From: Lepidodermella squamata
Lineage: Eukaryota > Animalia > Gastrotricha
Reading direction: 5' to 3'
Length of the DNA: 64,000 nt
NCBI GenBank assembly: GCA_047495785.1
Contig: JBLDXI010000004.1
Coordinates: 2,852,001 to 2,916,000, forward strand
Positions 49,735 to 62,642 of the stretch are shown piece after piece. The notes beneath the pieces were generated by a model, which did not search any database, was not told the origin of the DNA, and was given only the letters and a program-made list of their open reading frames with translations. Numbering within the stretch: the first letter of the stretch is position 1; each line of letters opens with the position of its first letter. The position numbers and the translations under genes were made by a program.

Positions 49735-52157
49735 CGGTGTGGCTATTGGCACATGGTTATGTGCCCCTTTTTGGCTATTGGCACATTTTATGTGCCTCTT
49801 ATTGGCTATTGGCACATAACATGTAAAATGAGTAGAAATCGTAATTTATGTCATTATTTGAATGAAAAAAGTTACTACCATCGTAATTCCGGCGCGTGGA
49901 TTTGAGTTGATTTATTCACTGACGATTTTTTTTCCCGGCCACGTGCATTTAAACAGCATATTAGAAGCGGGTTTATAAGTGTTTATGATAGTCTTCTTTG
50001 TAGCATCTTTATCATGGATGACGCTTTAGAGATAAAAGTCGGCGATGTTTTTCCTACTGGTGAATCGTTTCTAGCCAAGTATGACCTGGTGAAAACAGCC
50101 GGTAAACATCCTTTTCGTGTTCGGTCCACCTCTGAAACCCAGATTATTCGCCAATGTCGGCACGGTATTCTCAGGGCGAGTAGATCAACTGGGAAACGAG
50201 AAACGCAGAACTATCTCTTTCGAGATTGTCCCGGTATCGTTAAATGCTCTTACTCAAAGATCACTGACTGTTGGGAGGTTACTGAGTCTAATTGGACTCA
50301 TACCCACCCTCTCGGTGGAAAATGGTTTCCGAACGACAATCGTCTCACAGAAGAAGAAGTAAGCAATACCGTTAATTTGATCAAAAACTACGCGATCAAA
50401 CCTAGCCTCTTGGCCAGGGTTGGGGCTGTTTAAACAATCTGTTTATACAGTATGTTTAAACATACTGTTTAAACAGGTCCGAAAAATCTGAAAAAACAGG
50501 GTTTATACAGGTCGAACAGTGTTTTAACTACGATCTAACTTAAATGGTATATCGGAGCATAAAAATATAGATCAGGTTTCCCTAACATTTGCTTATGATG
50601 TAGCTGATGGTAGATATAAGCTCTGAGCTCTGAAGAAACAATCGAAAATGGCTGAGTAAATGTCAATCAGTCAGCTGATCGATCACCAATAACCGATAAT
50701 CGATAACCGATAATCGGTGTCGAATGCTATAAAGCTGATGTCACCAGCTTGTTCAGCGGCAAAAGTTACCCTAGAATCCAAAGTTTCAAGCCTCTATCTA
50801 TCATAATAACGAAGATATCGCGAAATCAGTTCATGCTTCCGGTAGGGTATAATTGGGCGGTTTCGTGCCTTTAAAGTTGAAATGTTCAAAAAAATCGGCA
50901 AAACCGCTTCCTTTGACCTTGGAAACCCCCTTAGAAACCCCGGGGGGAACCTTTTCACGGCGGATCCGAATACGTTTTCAGAATTTCAGTAGCTGTCATA
51001 CTTCCGGAAATAATTGCATTTTTTGAATTATTTTATTACTTTATTGCACCTTCATCATTTTGTCTTTCTGAATGAGAAAATAGTCGAGTAATACATCAAA
51101 CTATGCAGTTTTTCACGCAGAATCACGTGGTGCAACTTAAAATTCAACTAGAGATACAGTTGACGAGATGTAGCTCGGAGCAAAATACCCATTTTTACAC
51201 TATCTGTATATATACCTGTTTAAACATGTGTTTAAACGTTTAAACGTTTAAACAGATCCGAAATTTGAAATATCTGTATAAACCCCAACCCTGCTCTTGG
51301 CAAGAAACATCAAGAAAAATACAGGTAATAAATGCAACATTCTTCGATATTCTCACTTCACTTTTCACATTCAAATTGGTTTAGGAAAGGTTGTCTCTAG
51401 AAAGTTTATCAACAACCTAAAGATGAAACATCTGTCGAATGAAGTCCACCAGGCGGAGCTCAGTAGCTTCATTGATGACATCAAGGCAAACGGAGGCGTA
51501 GTGGAAAAGCGTGATGATGGCGATGGTGTCACTCAAGCCATGTTTATTGCTACGCCAAAGATGATTGGTACCGTGGCAAGACAAAGGCCTCGAACTGTTC
51601 TCCTAGATACCACCTTCAAAACCAACAAGGAAGGATACAAAGCCCTCTGTTTTTGCTACAAAAATGCCGATAACGGTAGAACTGGCGTCGCTGGCATAGC
51701 CCTGCTTGAAGACGAATCGGACGATAATGTCCGATTTATTTTGGAATCTTTCAAAACTATCCACAAGCCGGGCATCTTCCTTGTGGATAAGGACCTTCAT
51801 CCAATTGATTTGGTGGAAAAAATATTCGACTGCATAGTTTTGTTGTGCGCCTTTCACGCGTTGAAATATATGCGAAACCTCATTGCTACAGCAGTTTGTC
51901 GATTGGAAGTCAAAAAAGAACTATCCACCGCTTTCAAGGATATGGTACACGCCCGCTACGAGCCTCAATTCAAAACGGCAGAAAAGGCATTCGTCTCCCT
52001 TGCTAAAGGTTTGGAAGTACGAAAGCCTGGCGGTAAACCTAACGAATACATTGAGCTACTGCCTTATTTCGAACAAAATTGGTTGGCATCAAAGGCGATG
52101 TGGGCGAAATATGCCCGCCGTATGTACGAAACTATGAATCAAGATACGACCAATTAG
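49735..52157 (+). mobile_element. MULE/Mutator transposon, 3'-truncated; transposase CDS 50014-52157 interrupted by a hAT MITE and one intron
   Basis: Left end cggtgtggctattggcacat (motif x3). N-terminal C..HG...C...W.V...HTH zinc/WRKY-like domain; catalytic motifs LDTTFKTN, LVDKD and LLCAFH; ends at DTTN*. Confidence 0.85.
50415..51293. mobile_element. hAT-type MITE, 8-bp TSD CTCTTGGC, GTTTAAAC repeats
   Basis: CAGGGTTGGGG...CCCCAACCCTG; TSD at 50407-50414 and 51294-51301. Confidence 0.95.
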
Positions 52158-53049
52158 TTTTTTCAATCGCTAAGTCTCAAAATGGGCATGAAAAAGTCGA
52201 AAAAGGCCATAGAAACGTTAATGCTGAATTTTGCTGACAATTTCAGCCATATTTCAGTTTTAAATTCAACCCCGGCTTGTCTCACAGCCAATTTTTTTGG
52301 GAGAAAATAATTGCTATTACACGCAGTAAAATTAGTATTTTTGTTACATTTTTTAGAATTACGACAAAAACGTGGTGTTTTTCGTAACGCTTCAGCTCTG
52401 TGAAAATGCTATTTCAAAGCCTTCAAGGCGTGTTTAACTTGAAAAATCAAAGAATGTGCGAAACAGATTTGAAGAAAAGAAACGAAACGCCTGAATAGCC
52501 GATAATTGATTGTCTCAGCTTTGAATGAGGTCAGTATGATGTAGTGTATGGTAGTGTATGGCATTGTATGTCGAAATCGAGGACAGTGCGTAATTGTGTA
52601 GTGGCGTCATACATTACAAACAATTCACCATACGTATGCATTCTTAGTCACTGGTTGTTCACCAAATTTTGAATGCGACGTGGGAAAAGATTTAGGGTGG
52701 GCAATTTCTGCTCAGTCTTGATCCCATCAAAATAAATGAAACCATAGTGAAAAAGAGGTTTTTGTATCGTAACAACGACTGTGTTGTCCACCTCAAATTT
52801 TATTCCAAATTTGTTGAGCAACGAAGATATCTGTTTTGAGAAATTCAACTTTGAAAAATGAAGACTGCGATTTTCGCTTGAGTGCTTACTCTGGTCATTT
52901 TCGTGTCTTGAAAGTTAACATTTTCAAAATCAATTTATCCAATCATCGATTCGTCTTACTTAGAGGAATTTTTCCTTAACACAATCGAGGTAAACATCGG
53001 AATTCTACTTCTTTGAACCTTTGAACCGTATTTTTTACCAAAATCAACG

Positions 53050-53750
53050 CCGAGAATTATCAGTCAAAATTCATGCTCATTTCAGGTGATATAACAAGCT
53101 TTTTCGAAACAACACGGGTTCTCGGAAAATATTTTATTGAATATGTAACTATGAAATTTCGAGAAAAGAAAATTGTAGAAACTAGCTAGAGAGGGTTGGT
53201 CGCGCTATCGCAAAATTGGACGCCCTTAGCTCAGCGCAAAAACTCTCCCCACCGTCCCCTCAAGTGTTTCGTATGCCGACCCTCTAGTTCTTTTAACAGT
53301 CGTTTCGCATTCACAAGTTAGCTCGCTTCAGTCGTTATGAGCTATTGCTCCAGATCAAATTCACAAGAGCAGCGCTCATAAAAATGCAGGCACATCGAGA
53401 ATGGCATGATCCATGCTCTCATTCTAGAAAAGAGAGTAATGGTGTCTATGTAAAGACTCCCTAACTTTTTGGTTCTGGCACCCCCTCGTTTGAGAGATAC
53501 CGCTAGTCCTTCGTGCAAGTAAAAGGGCAAGTATAGCATAGCGACTCGACCTGTTTTGCGCAGAGAACCCACTTGCGAACCCATGCAAGTCATATCCCAA
53601 ATTATGGATCCATCCCACCCAGTTCGGCCAACGTTCTGCGTGACTGTAAAACCGTCACTGTTAACCCTAGTTTTCTTGTCGAACAGTTGCGAAGGTTTCT
53701 ACGCAATGCCAACCCTATTAATTTTACAAATTATTTCATTTTTTCATTGA
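53050..53750 (-). pseudogene. Decayed tyrosine-recombinase-like gene (Crypton-like)
   Basis: One frame with stops reads ...KPSQL...LRKTGRVAMLYLPFYLHEGLAVSLK...LITTEAS...SRNFIVTYSIK...SLLYH. The order matches the KT, LP..L..L, R.F.T and LLxH elements of tyrosine recombinases. Confidence 0.4.
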
Positions 53751-55407
53751 AAACTTTACCCCCAATGAATCTTAGACTCAATCAGCATTAAATAACCGTG
53801 TTGAGATGACGACATCTGGACATTTATCAGCTATAACGGGACCGTCATCGACGCGTCGCTGGTTAATTGCAATTTCCCACTAACGATAAACCCAACTTCT
53901 AAGTTCTAGTCTTAGAACATCCAACATCCTCAAGTCGCACCCAGATATAACGAAGCCGATACAGTCACCTGACATAAAGAACAGTTACAACATTGAGCGT
54001 TACAATTCCATATGCAGCTGCTTTTGGTTCTTGGCCATGATGTTTGATCAACTTGAATCTCAAGCGGAAAACTGCCAGGTGGTGCTAGGCGAGATGTTCC
54101 TCCATCTTGAGTCGATGATTGTATTGCAATTTGTTGATGAAGGGCAAGTAATGTTATATTTTCCGCTAAATTCATGTATGAAAAACAATATTATGAATTA
54201 ACAGCGAACTGCGATAGTAGCGCTTTAGTAACGCAGGGGTCCAGAAAGTTGCTATTAGAAACGATACTCAAAGAAGGAGGCTCAAGGAATTATTTGGTAT
54301 AGCGTAGTTTTAGAAGCGAGCATTTTATCGAAGCTTACATTTCAGAATTAATAAACCACTGTAAGAAAGCCACACTAAATGAGCTTTCCCACACTAGTTT
54401 GCTTTCTTAAATCAGAGCGTAGGTATTTGTCCGCTGAGAAAAAATAGTTATTAAATATTAATTTACTTTATTAATATTTCTGCGTTGTTTGAATCAATGG
54501 AGATAATCAATACTCAAATCATGGCTTCCTAGGGGATTATTAAGGCAAGCTTACAACCAGGCAAGTACCTCAGATTACCGGAGATGCTTTGCAACATTGA
54601 AAGGGCGATGCTTCCCTCAAATTCTCTCGAATCTGATCGATTACCGTGCCTTCATCTCGGCCTTATGCGTGGCAGCACAATGTTACAAATTGGCCTGAGA
54701 TTGCGTGATGCGAATAACTATGGTACATAACAACGTCCGACAATAACAAATGATATATAGTATGTAATATATACATACATTTATTCATCGACTGTGAAAA
54801 ACACAACAAAACTACCATCAAGGTTGACAATATTATTAATCGCGAAGCGCAGCTCTTATAAATCCCTCCTTCTTACACACGCACACGCAAACGCACACAA
54901 ATCTAAAAGTAGATCTTTCGGACCTGGATCCTGTTTTTGCAGCAGCTGAAAATTGAGATAGATCCAAAATCCCTTGGCGGTTCATATTTTGCAAAACTAG
55001 AATTTCGCAATGGTGGAGTCCTTATCGTTAGCGAGGCGCCAAACAACCACTTTACTATTTATAGATTTTATAGAAAGTACGTTCGGCCATTAAACGTAAA
55101 TTCAAAGTACGATCGAATGAGTCATCAAAGTGGTTGTTTTGGCGCGTCGCTAACGTTATGTCATTCAACATTCAACAAAACACACCGACTCACACTTCCG
55201 ACTCCCGACCTTCTTCAAGGTTGGGATCTCGAACTATTTGATGACTTACGCATGATATTACCTTCTTCTAAACTACCTATTGCAAAAAAGTCGAAATGCA
55301 GTACCAGTAATAGCAAGTTTATTTTCTCAATTCCACAAACCTGTGTAATTTATACTACGATAACAGCTTTCAGGAAATGCGCATCAAAGTTAACACATCT
55401 ATAGGGT

Positions 55408-56022
55408 TCAATCCAATGATTTCGTCCAAAGACGAGGCTGGTGAAACTCGACCGTGGTAAAAATCTCCGATGCCAAAGAGCCTTTGGGCGACTTCTTCAC
55501 CTGCGATGATGTCGAAGTCATCATCGTAGTCCGTCTCTTGTGATGATAGGCATGTTTGCTGAGTTGAGACGCATCGTCGAAATGCTGCAGACACACATAG
55601 CATGTGACGGCGAATTTATCGAAATGGCAAGTTCGAACATGGTAGAGAAGACCATTGAGGGAATTATATATTCTTTTATTAGGACAATAATCGCACCCGA
55701 ATCCAATTTTTTGATTTTTTTCATTATTCACATTTAAATTACAAGAGGTAGGAGGTTTGACCTAAAAAAGACAATTAGGAACAAACAAAAAATGACGGTA
55801 AATATCTTTCTTTACCGAAGGTAAATCAGCATAATAAGAAGATTTGATCGGGATCTCCGCGTCTGGATGAAAAGCTGAAAGTCTATCCGAGTTTATTGCG
55901 GCAAGGTTTTGCTTGGGTAATGTTCGAGCCCATGGAGCTATTGTGCTAATCGAAATAATAGTTGCTTGAGGAGATGAGCTATTCCGCGATAAATTCAACG
56001 GCTTCGACGCACTTTCATCCAT
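55408..56022 (-). CDS. Two-exon C2H2 zinc-finger protein (186 aa) with an N-terminal PLNLS motif
   Basis: Exons 56022-55816 and 55761-55408 (phase-0 intron). Fingers CDYC...HVRTCH and CYVC...HAYHH. Confidence 0.7.
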
Positions 56023-56845
56023 TTTTTAGAGGTTTTCTAGAAACAATGGACAGTTAAATAAAACGTATCAAGTTGAAGCACGTAAGACAGTAAAGACTCA
56101 TTTTCTCTTTTGCTGGGACATGGGAGTATTCAAAAAATTTGGAAAGTCGAATCGTGGAAATACGGTCCACAGGGAATAAATATAGCTATTATTTGAATTC
56201 GTTAACATGTTTTATTTATCGCACGATTTCCAAAGATGCATCAGGTATTTGACATTAATGGATTCGGGAAAATCAGTAAGGCTGTCGTCGCATTGCGTTT
56301 GAAAGGAGCCCCTATTTGAATGTTCATGATGGATTTCTTATGAATAATAACGATTGAGTGGCTCCTTTCAAACGCAATGCGACGCTGTTTTCAAATTTGT
56401 AAAAAAAATAATACAAAATGCTTGAAAGCAGCGTCATTAATCGAAAAACACCACGCATCAGGAAATACGAGCCTGATAGAAATGAAAAATGAAAAGATTG
56501 GCACGCGACTGCCACGTGGCATAAACTCCAACGTTGGTGATGGCGCAGTGTTTGTTTGACCTGGACGACCTTTCTAGATTATTCAATAATAAATCTCGCA
56601 TTATCACGGTAATTAATAATAATGCTCATAGAAACAGCCTTGCGAAGTGCTTACCTTCGCTAGAGTCGACTTCATTCAACAAATATTTGTAACTTCGATG
56701 TGTTCGGCCTTGCAGCTGTAATAACAGAGTGAGTGAGACGTGATCTGGGCATGGCGCAGTTTGTCCTTTAGTATGTCGCCAATATCGAGTAGCGATCGCC
56801 AATGTCGCCATAATCGGCTAGATTAATGGGAAGACTGGCAAAAGG

Positions 56846-56991
56846 CAGGGTCCCGACTAGGTTCAGTTCTGAGGGAGGTAAATCGAGCATTTTGAGACCA
56901 AAATTTGCAAATCCACAGGGGGGACCCTTACGTTTTTCAGAAATTTTCGAACGTCAGGGGGGTTTGTTTACCCCCCGTACTCGGACCACTG
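56846..56991. mobile_element. hAT-type MITE, 8-bp TSD GCAAAAGG
   Basis: CAGGG...CACTG termini; TSD at 56838-56845 and 56992-56999; related to 11396-11554. Confidence 0.9.
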
Positions 56992-57419
56992 GCAAAAGGT
57001 GATTTTGTATTTACAATTTTCAAACAGATGCAGTTTAGAAGGCGCATGCAGCTTGGGCCAAAAATTCAGCTAACTGGTTAAGCGTCACGCTCCACTAGTC
57101 ACGTACCTCCCCCACAAAGAGGGAACGCGCCGGCCTTGCGTGATGCGTCGGCTGACCGAAAAAAGAAATGTTAGCACCTATCGAACACTGGCTACGAGCT
57201 GGTGTCAATATTTTCGGGGCGACACCATGCCTCTTCACAGCAAGGGCGTTCGTAACAAGTTGGGAGCTTTAAAATGTCCTTAAATTTGTCCTGAAAACTC
57301 ACCCCACCCCTTCTACCGGGCGCGATTACGTCAGGGCTATTGGCTATTGGCTGAAACTTTGCGAAAATGTAGAGGACACCCATCTCAAGAATTGGTGTAA
57401 AAATGAAATGGATATGTTG

Positions 57420-57825
57420 TACGGCTATAGGGGATTTAGGCCTTTAGGGTATGAGCATTGTATTTAACCAAAATAATGGCCAAACCGTGAGGGTGACTAT
57501 CGATCATGATATATCAATTGATTGCTGTAATTAAGGGCTATCGATTAGTGCCAAATCGAATTCCGCGCGGAACTTTTGGAAATATGATTTTTGCCTTCAA
57601 AGTTAAAAAATGCGGAAATTTTGCGTTTTTTGGCCATAGCTTGACCCTGAGTGTGCCGCGTGGAATTTGACTTGGCACCAATCGATAGCGCTTAATTACA
57701 GCAATCGATTGATATATGATGATCGATAGTCACCCTCACGGTTTGGCCGCTATGACAGTTTAAAATATTGCTTATGCCGTATAGGCTTAAGCCTATACCG
57801 TATAAGCTTAGATCCTCTATAGGCG
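57420..57825. mobile_element. Foldback/MITE with ~90-bp inverted arms
   Basis: 57478-57570 is the approximate reverse complement of 57656-57748. Confidence 0.75.
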
Positions 57826-59703
57826 TACAACAGATATCTATTTATTTATTTATTTATTTATTCAGAAGGCAACTAAGGCAATTAAATTCATTGAGGAAAT
57901 GGCAAACGAGCACTTTCTTTAATAAGCACAATAGCAGCACATCGCGTTGCCGTCGGTCAAGCACTGCAGCGTATGGGCAGTATCGGCATCGTGTTCTTCT
58001 CCCCTTCCGGTTTCCCGATAAAGTGTGTGTTGTGTGATGGCCATGATGCCTCAAAGCTTGTAGCCGCGACTTCTTATAGAGAAATCCTGGGTTCGATCCC
58101 CCGAGGTTTACCGGTGATCTACTTTCAGTTTGCCTCAGAAGTCCAAAAAACCTAAGAAACCGCACACTCCCAGGTTAAACGCTACGAGGGAAAAGCAGGG
58201 AAAAGTTATTTTTCCGCGGTGAAACTTATTCATTTTCCTATTGGAACAGTTGCTCAAATTTGCAGAACTTTTCACCGTTGATCTGCTCGCAGTTTACCTT
58301 AAAAGTGCCAGATATATATATAGGAAATTGCACACTTTAAACCCACTCCAAAGCTGAAAGGAAGAATGTGCGGCAATACTTTTGACGGCATTGTTAATCT
58401 ATATCGTCGAGGATAATTTAGGTTAAATATCACAGAAATTGACCGCAGGTTATGCATGACTTCACCGTAAACACACCGTAAGATGCCATGTTTTCACCGT
58501 AGAAATGCCGTATTCTTGCCGTTTTTTCTGCCCGCGACACAGCAAAAATAACATGGCGCATGAAAAATCGATAACGGTAGTACTTTTCCTATATTATCTA
58601 TGCATGCTAATATAAGGCTCACCTCGTACGGTTTTTTATGAAACACCCTGTAGAAGCTCATAATAGCATCGCAACAGTAAAAAAATCGAGTGCAATCAAT
58701 TTATTAAAGTGTTAAAATAGAGGCATTTTTGTCGTAGGAAAAAGCGTGAGCAATTGATCGGCATGTGTCGGCTGACTCGGCCTGCCGAGCCTCAATAGGC
58801 AGTGATTCCACAGTTCGGGACCTCCGTAACCCAGACTGAGCATTTCTTGTTTTGTGTCGCATTTAGGCTTGAACATAGGTTCGAAATTTCGAATCTCGTA
58901 TCAGGGAGGCGGGTTCAGGCAATCTATCACGGACGCGAAACGCGGCTGATTTTTTGGCAAACTGTATCGAATCACGACGCGTAACGAATTAGGCTCACTC
59001 ACCTTACTGTTTTTCCAGTTATTATTAGGTTTCGAAGCAAAATTTAGTTGGCAAAATATCTACTAATTCTCTACGAAAGTAATTTGGGGAAATAATCTTA
59101 AAACAGTTTCCATCCCCAGCAGCTCCAGGATCCATTATCGAAGATTGGTTACCGGCTTCGTATTCCGGATGCATTCGGAAATAGGGAATACGTCGGGTGA
59201 AGTTTTCAAAATTCAAAAAATATCTCATGGTGCTGAAAAAAGTGACATTCGCGGCATTCGTCAACTTGTATGCGGCACCTAGCATTAACTAACTCAGATG
59301 GTTTCATACGAATTGCGATCGTCACGGGCGACACAGCTCCAGAAATTTGCTGCTGAAATGCAAAGAATTACGCATAGATGTCACAAAATAATCAGAGTTG
59401 CATCAACTGAGTTGAATTGATAATGATTTTATTCCTCTCCTTCCCTGCGACTGAGCGTCTGTACCCTTTAGAGTTTTGAGGAAGGCAAACCAAACCAAAA
59501 GAATCAGTCGCCCGCTCCCACGCCCCCATCGAGTTAAAATGTATATTTTAAATCTTGATGCTCAAAAACGAACTGCAATGTTTTTGCAAGCCTGTTTGGT
59601 TTATTCTACCGGTATTTTGTTGCAGCAACTCATCACGTATCATCAACATGTAAATAGGCAACATGTAGTTTAAAAGCTAACGGCAGCGTCAATGCCTTGC
59701 CAC

Positions 59704-61225
59704 TCATTCAGCGTAGGTTTCGCATATCGCGTAAATCATCCAAGCGCCGCACGGAGAAAACTCCATCTTAGAAGCACCTGCCAGCAGGTTCCCGCATCGA
59801 TCTGGATAGTACCCATATACAATAAGGTCTGGATTGTATGTGAATGCCGAACCGTCCGACCATTTGTAAACGCCGGAATATGGATCAAGACCCATCCATG
59901 CATTATCGTGTGGGGGTCCAACATTGTGAGCCTGGGCTATTTCGGCAGCCGTTTTACCAGTTGCCAATATGCTATCCAATTGCGAGCACTTTGCGGCTGC
60001 AGATGAATAATTAAAATAACCGCCGGGGTTATCAACCATGAACACAATCCTTCTAGCGTTTTGACACTGCCATTCGCCGCTGAACGTAACATTTGCAGGA
60101 AAGCGAATCTCAGTGTTGGCGTCACAGCCATTCGAGCTCGATCGGCAAGTTACTGAACCGTCGGCAGTTCGCAGGCACCGATGAGTAGCAATCTATCAAA
60201 ATATGTTATCACTTAGTAAAAAGTCTGTTGTTTTTATGCCTCTTCATTCAAGTTAAAAAGCCGCTTTTTAATTGTCACCTATCACCTTGAAGCAGGTGCA
60301 GACAAGCCTAAATTCGAGTTATTCAACGTCGCTAACGATAAGTTTACTACGAAATACGAAATCTTGGCTCGAAATAAACTCACATGGGGCGATATATCAT
60401 TGACGCAATTGTTGTGGTTTAGCCGAAAGGTCCCCAAGTTCGAGAACAGCTTATCCTGTAAAGAAAAGCGGTTGATACCAGCTAAAACCATGCTTTTGGC
60501 TGAGCTCTACCTGAGTTTGACCTTGAGGACAAGCTGCGTAGCAAGATAGTCGGTTGGATGAATCCTTGCACGAAACGGCATTCTGTTAAACGAGGGTAAA
60601 CGAGAGAATAGAACTGATTTTAGTTAAATTGCTAAAACAGAAGAGCAACTTACTCCGAGCAGGCAAGCTGCACGGTTGATGTAAACTTTCGTCGAGTACT
60701 GCTGCGTTTCATTGCCAGGAAAACAGCCGGAGCTTTGCGGTCGGCAGTCGTTGAACCTTTTGGTCGTAGAATCAAAGCACCGAACATGCGGCTTTTCGCT
60801 GACCGGAACCGTGACTGTAATGTGAAACGGGAAATATCAGTAATTTTTCGCCCATGTTCGTACCGATTTTTTTACTGGGAAAATCACTAACCTGTTCCAT
60901 TGGTACATGACGTGAGAGTTGAATAAAGAGTCGATTCAGTGACCTAGAAAAACAAGAATCAGCGTTACACAGCAACACATCAGACGTTTCCACGTCGCTC
61001 ACCCAGTTGTTAGGGCAGGAGAACGGATCCGGAACACAGGTCTTGATGACGCTGTTCGATGTGCAGCGCCTGAATTTCGAAGTCTGGAATGATACAAATA
61101 AAAAGCGTAATACGTAATGGCCTAGTTTCCATAATTCTAACCTCGAATACAGCTTTCCGTTTCTCACATTCGTTAAGGTTATATTTCAAGCTCAACGTTG
61201 GCTTCTGATCGTCGAACCAGAACGT
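59704..61225 (-). CDS. Gene E (3' part): paralog of gene A, four-Cys modules plus one CTLD; 5' exons lie beyond the window
   Basis: Exons 61225-61142, 61083-61003, 60943-60892, 60814-60654, 60582-60511, 60455-60384, 60192-59704 splice in frame. Motifs KPHVRCFDSTT, AWMGL, YKWSDGS and AICE. Confidence 0.8.
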
Positions 61226-61777
61226 CTTATTATATTATAATAGCATATATTATAACAAAAATGAGAATGACAAAAAATAACAATAGCAAAAATAACAAAC
61301 AACACTTCAACAGATAGATCTCTCCAGAGTTAATGTAGTTTAGATGACTGTGCAACAAATAAGGCACGCCATCACTTTATAGGCCACCTAACGCCCTTTC
61401 TGCCCTTTCTAATTTTAATTAATTTTAAAAATCGAAAAAGCCACAGGTGCCACTTTCAAAAATTTTGGATTTCTGCGAATAAATACTGGAAACGGCCCTC
61501 TATCTAATGATATGAGATGAATATTGTGTTCTCTCACGGATAATTTGTTATAATTCGCGGAAAAAGCAGGGTATAATACCGACCGGATTTTTTGTTGAAA
61601 TAACCACCCACCGGTTTGAACCGGTTTTTTTAATACACCTTTTTTCATTTGCATTTTCATAATGTGCAAAACCAATTTCACAAAGGCGATGTTTGATCGC
61701 GTGTTCTCATATTTAAATTTGATTTTTTTTCTCATTATTTTCATTTTATTACTTGCGCTACTTTTTTCGTTTCCATC

Positions 61778-62515
61778 ATGGCTTCATCTGAAGTTTCTAT
61801 AAATAACACTAGCGCGCACTTCTCGCCAGTTTCTCCAAAAACTGTCATTGTTGAAACAGCAAGGCGCATTACGCTGCGTTCACGCTCAACGGTGAAAACC
61901 CCAAATCTACAACAGCTTATCGAGAAAAAAGAGACTGAGAAAGCTAAACAAGCTGCTAAACAAGCTGCTAAACAGAAGAAAAATCGCGATGCGGCAGTCA
62001 ACAAGCGGCGCGGAAGGCCGATGAAGAACGCGGATAAAGACTCTGTTTTAGCGGCCGGTCCTCCACTGCCACTGCCGAATCTGTCCGGCTTTCCAACCTC
62101 ATTTGGTGCGTCCTCATCATCGACTTTTCATACGCTAGCCACGGGAATGTCCGTTTCTCCCGATTCGGCAGGTACCTCAAACCAAGGTTCATTTGGTTCG
62201 TTTGTTTCCGCGCCGCCAAATTTGCCGCATGATACAACAGGATTTCAGGCCCCGAATGTGACTTCAATGCAACTGTACTGTCAATCCTCGCGTGCAAAAA
62301 GACAATGGAACCCGTACGAGATAAGCCTTCTGGAATGGGTCATCTGGTACTGCAATTCACTGGGTGATAAACCTTCGGAGCAGATGGTCGATGACTTTAT
62401 CGCTTGGTTCCGCAATACTGGTCGGGGCGATTTTTCAGCTTTGCTGCGCCGCAACTCTAGAGCGATTTCTTACAAAGCCAGCCAAGTCATCAGGGATCGC
62501 AAAAAAAATAAATAA
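61778..62515 (+). CDS. Transposon-borne 245-aa protein: basic helix, AT-hook, Ser/Pro linker, C-terminal Myb/SANT-like domain
   Basis: Intact intronless ORF inside the TIRs. KRRGRPMK; KRQWNPYEISLL...RNSRAISYKASQV; AATAAA at the stop. Confidence 0.75.
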   Translation: MASSEVSINNTSAHFSPVSPKTVIVETARRITLRSRSTVKTPNLQQLIEKKETEKAKQAAKQAAKQKKNRDAAVNKRRGRPMKNADKDSVLAAGPPLPLPNLSGFPTSFGASSSSTFHTLATGMSVSPDSAGTSNQGSFGSFVSAPPNLPHDTTGFQAPNVTSMQLYCQSSRAKRQWNPYEISLLEWVIWYCNSLGDKPSEQMVDDFIAWFRNTGRGDFSALLRRNSRAISYKASQVIRDRKKNK

Positions 62516-62642
62516 AACTTGAATTTGAAGCGTTTAATTTGATGAAGAAGAAATAAATCATTACTTCAGGTGTTTGCTCCTCACAGTTTTTATTCAACTT
62601 TTAATTCTCGCCAATTTCGAAATCGCAATTAATGTTTGATAT

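Noticed and set aside
53424-53618. Polinton DNA polymerase B (IHNLGYDLH resembles an exonuclease II motif)
   Set aside because: The motif is isolated in a short frame with no other PolB motifs at proper spacing. A different frame gives a longer, recombinase-like reading.
54937-55404. 155-aa plus-strand ORF as a gene
   Set aside because: Non-ATG start, no recognisable domain, and it lies in a decayed tract whose coding signal is on the minus strand.
61778-62515. Fanzor/TnpB nuclease as the second gene of the IS630/Tc1 element
   Set aside because: Only 245 aa, with no RuvC D-E-D motifs or zinc ribbon; mostly low-complexity with an AT-hook.
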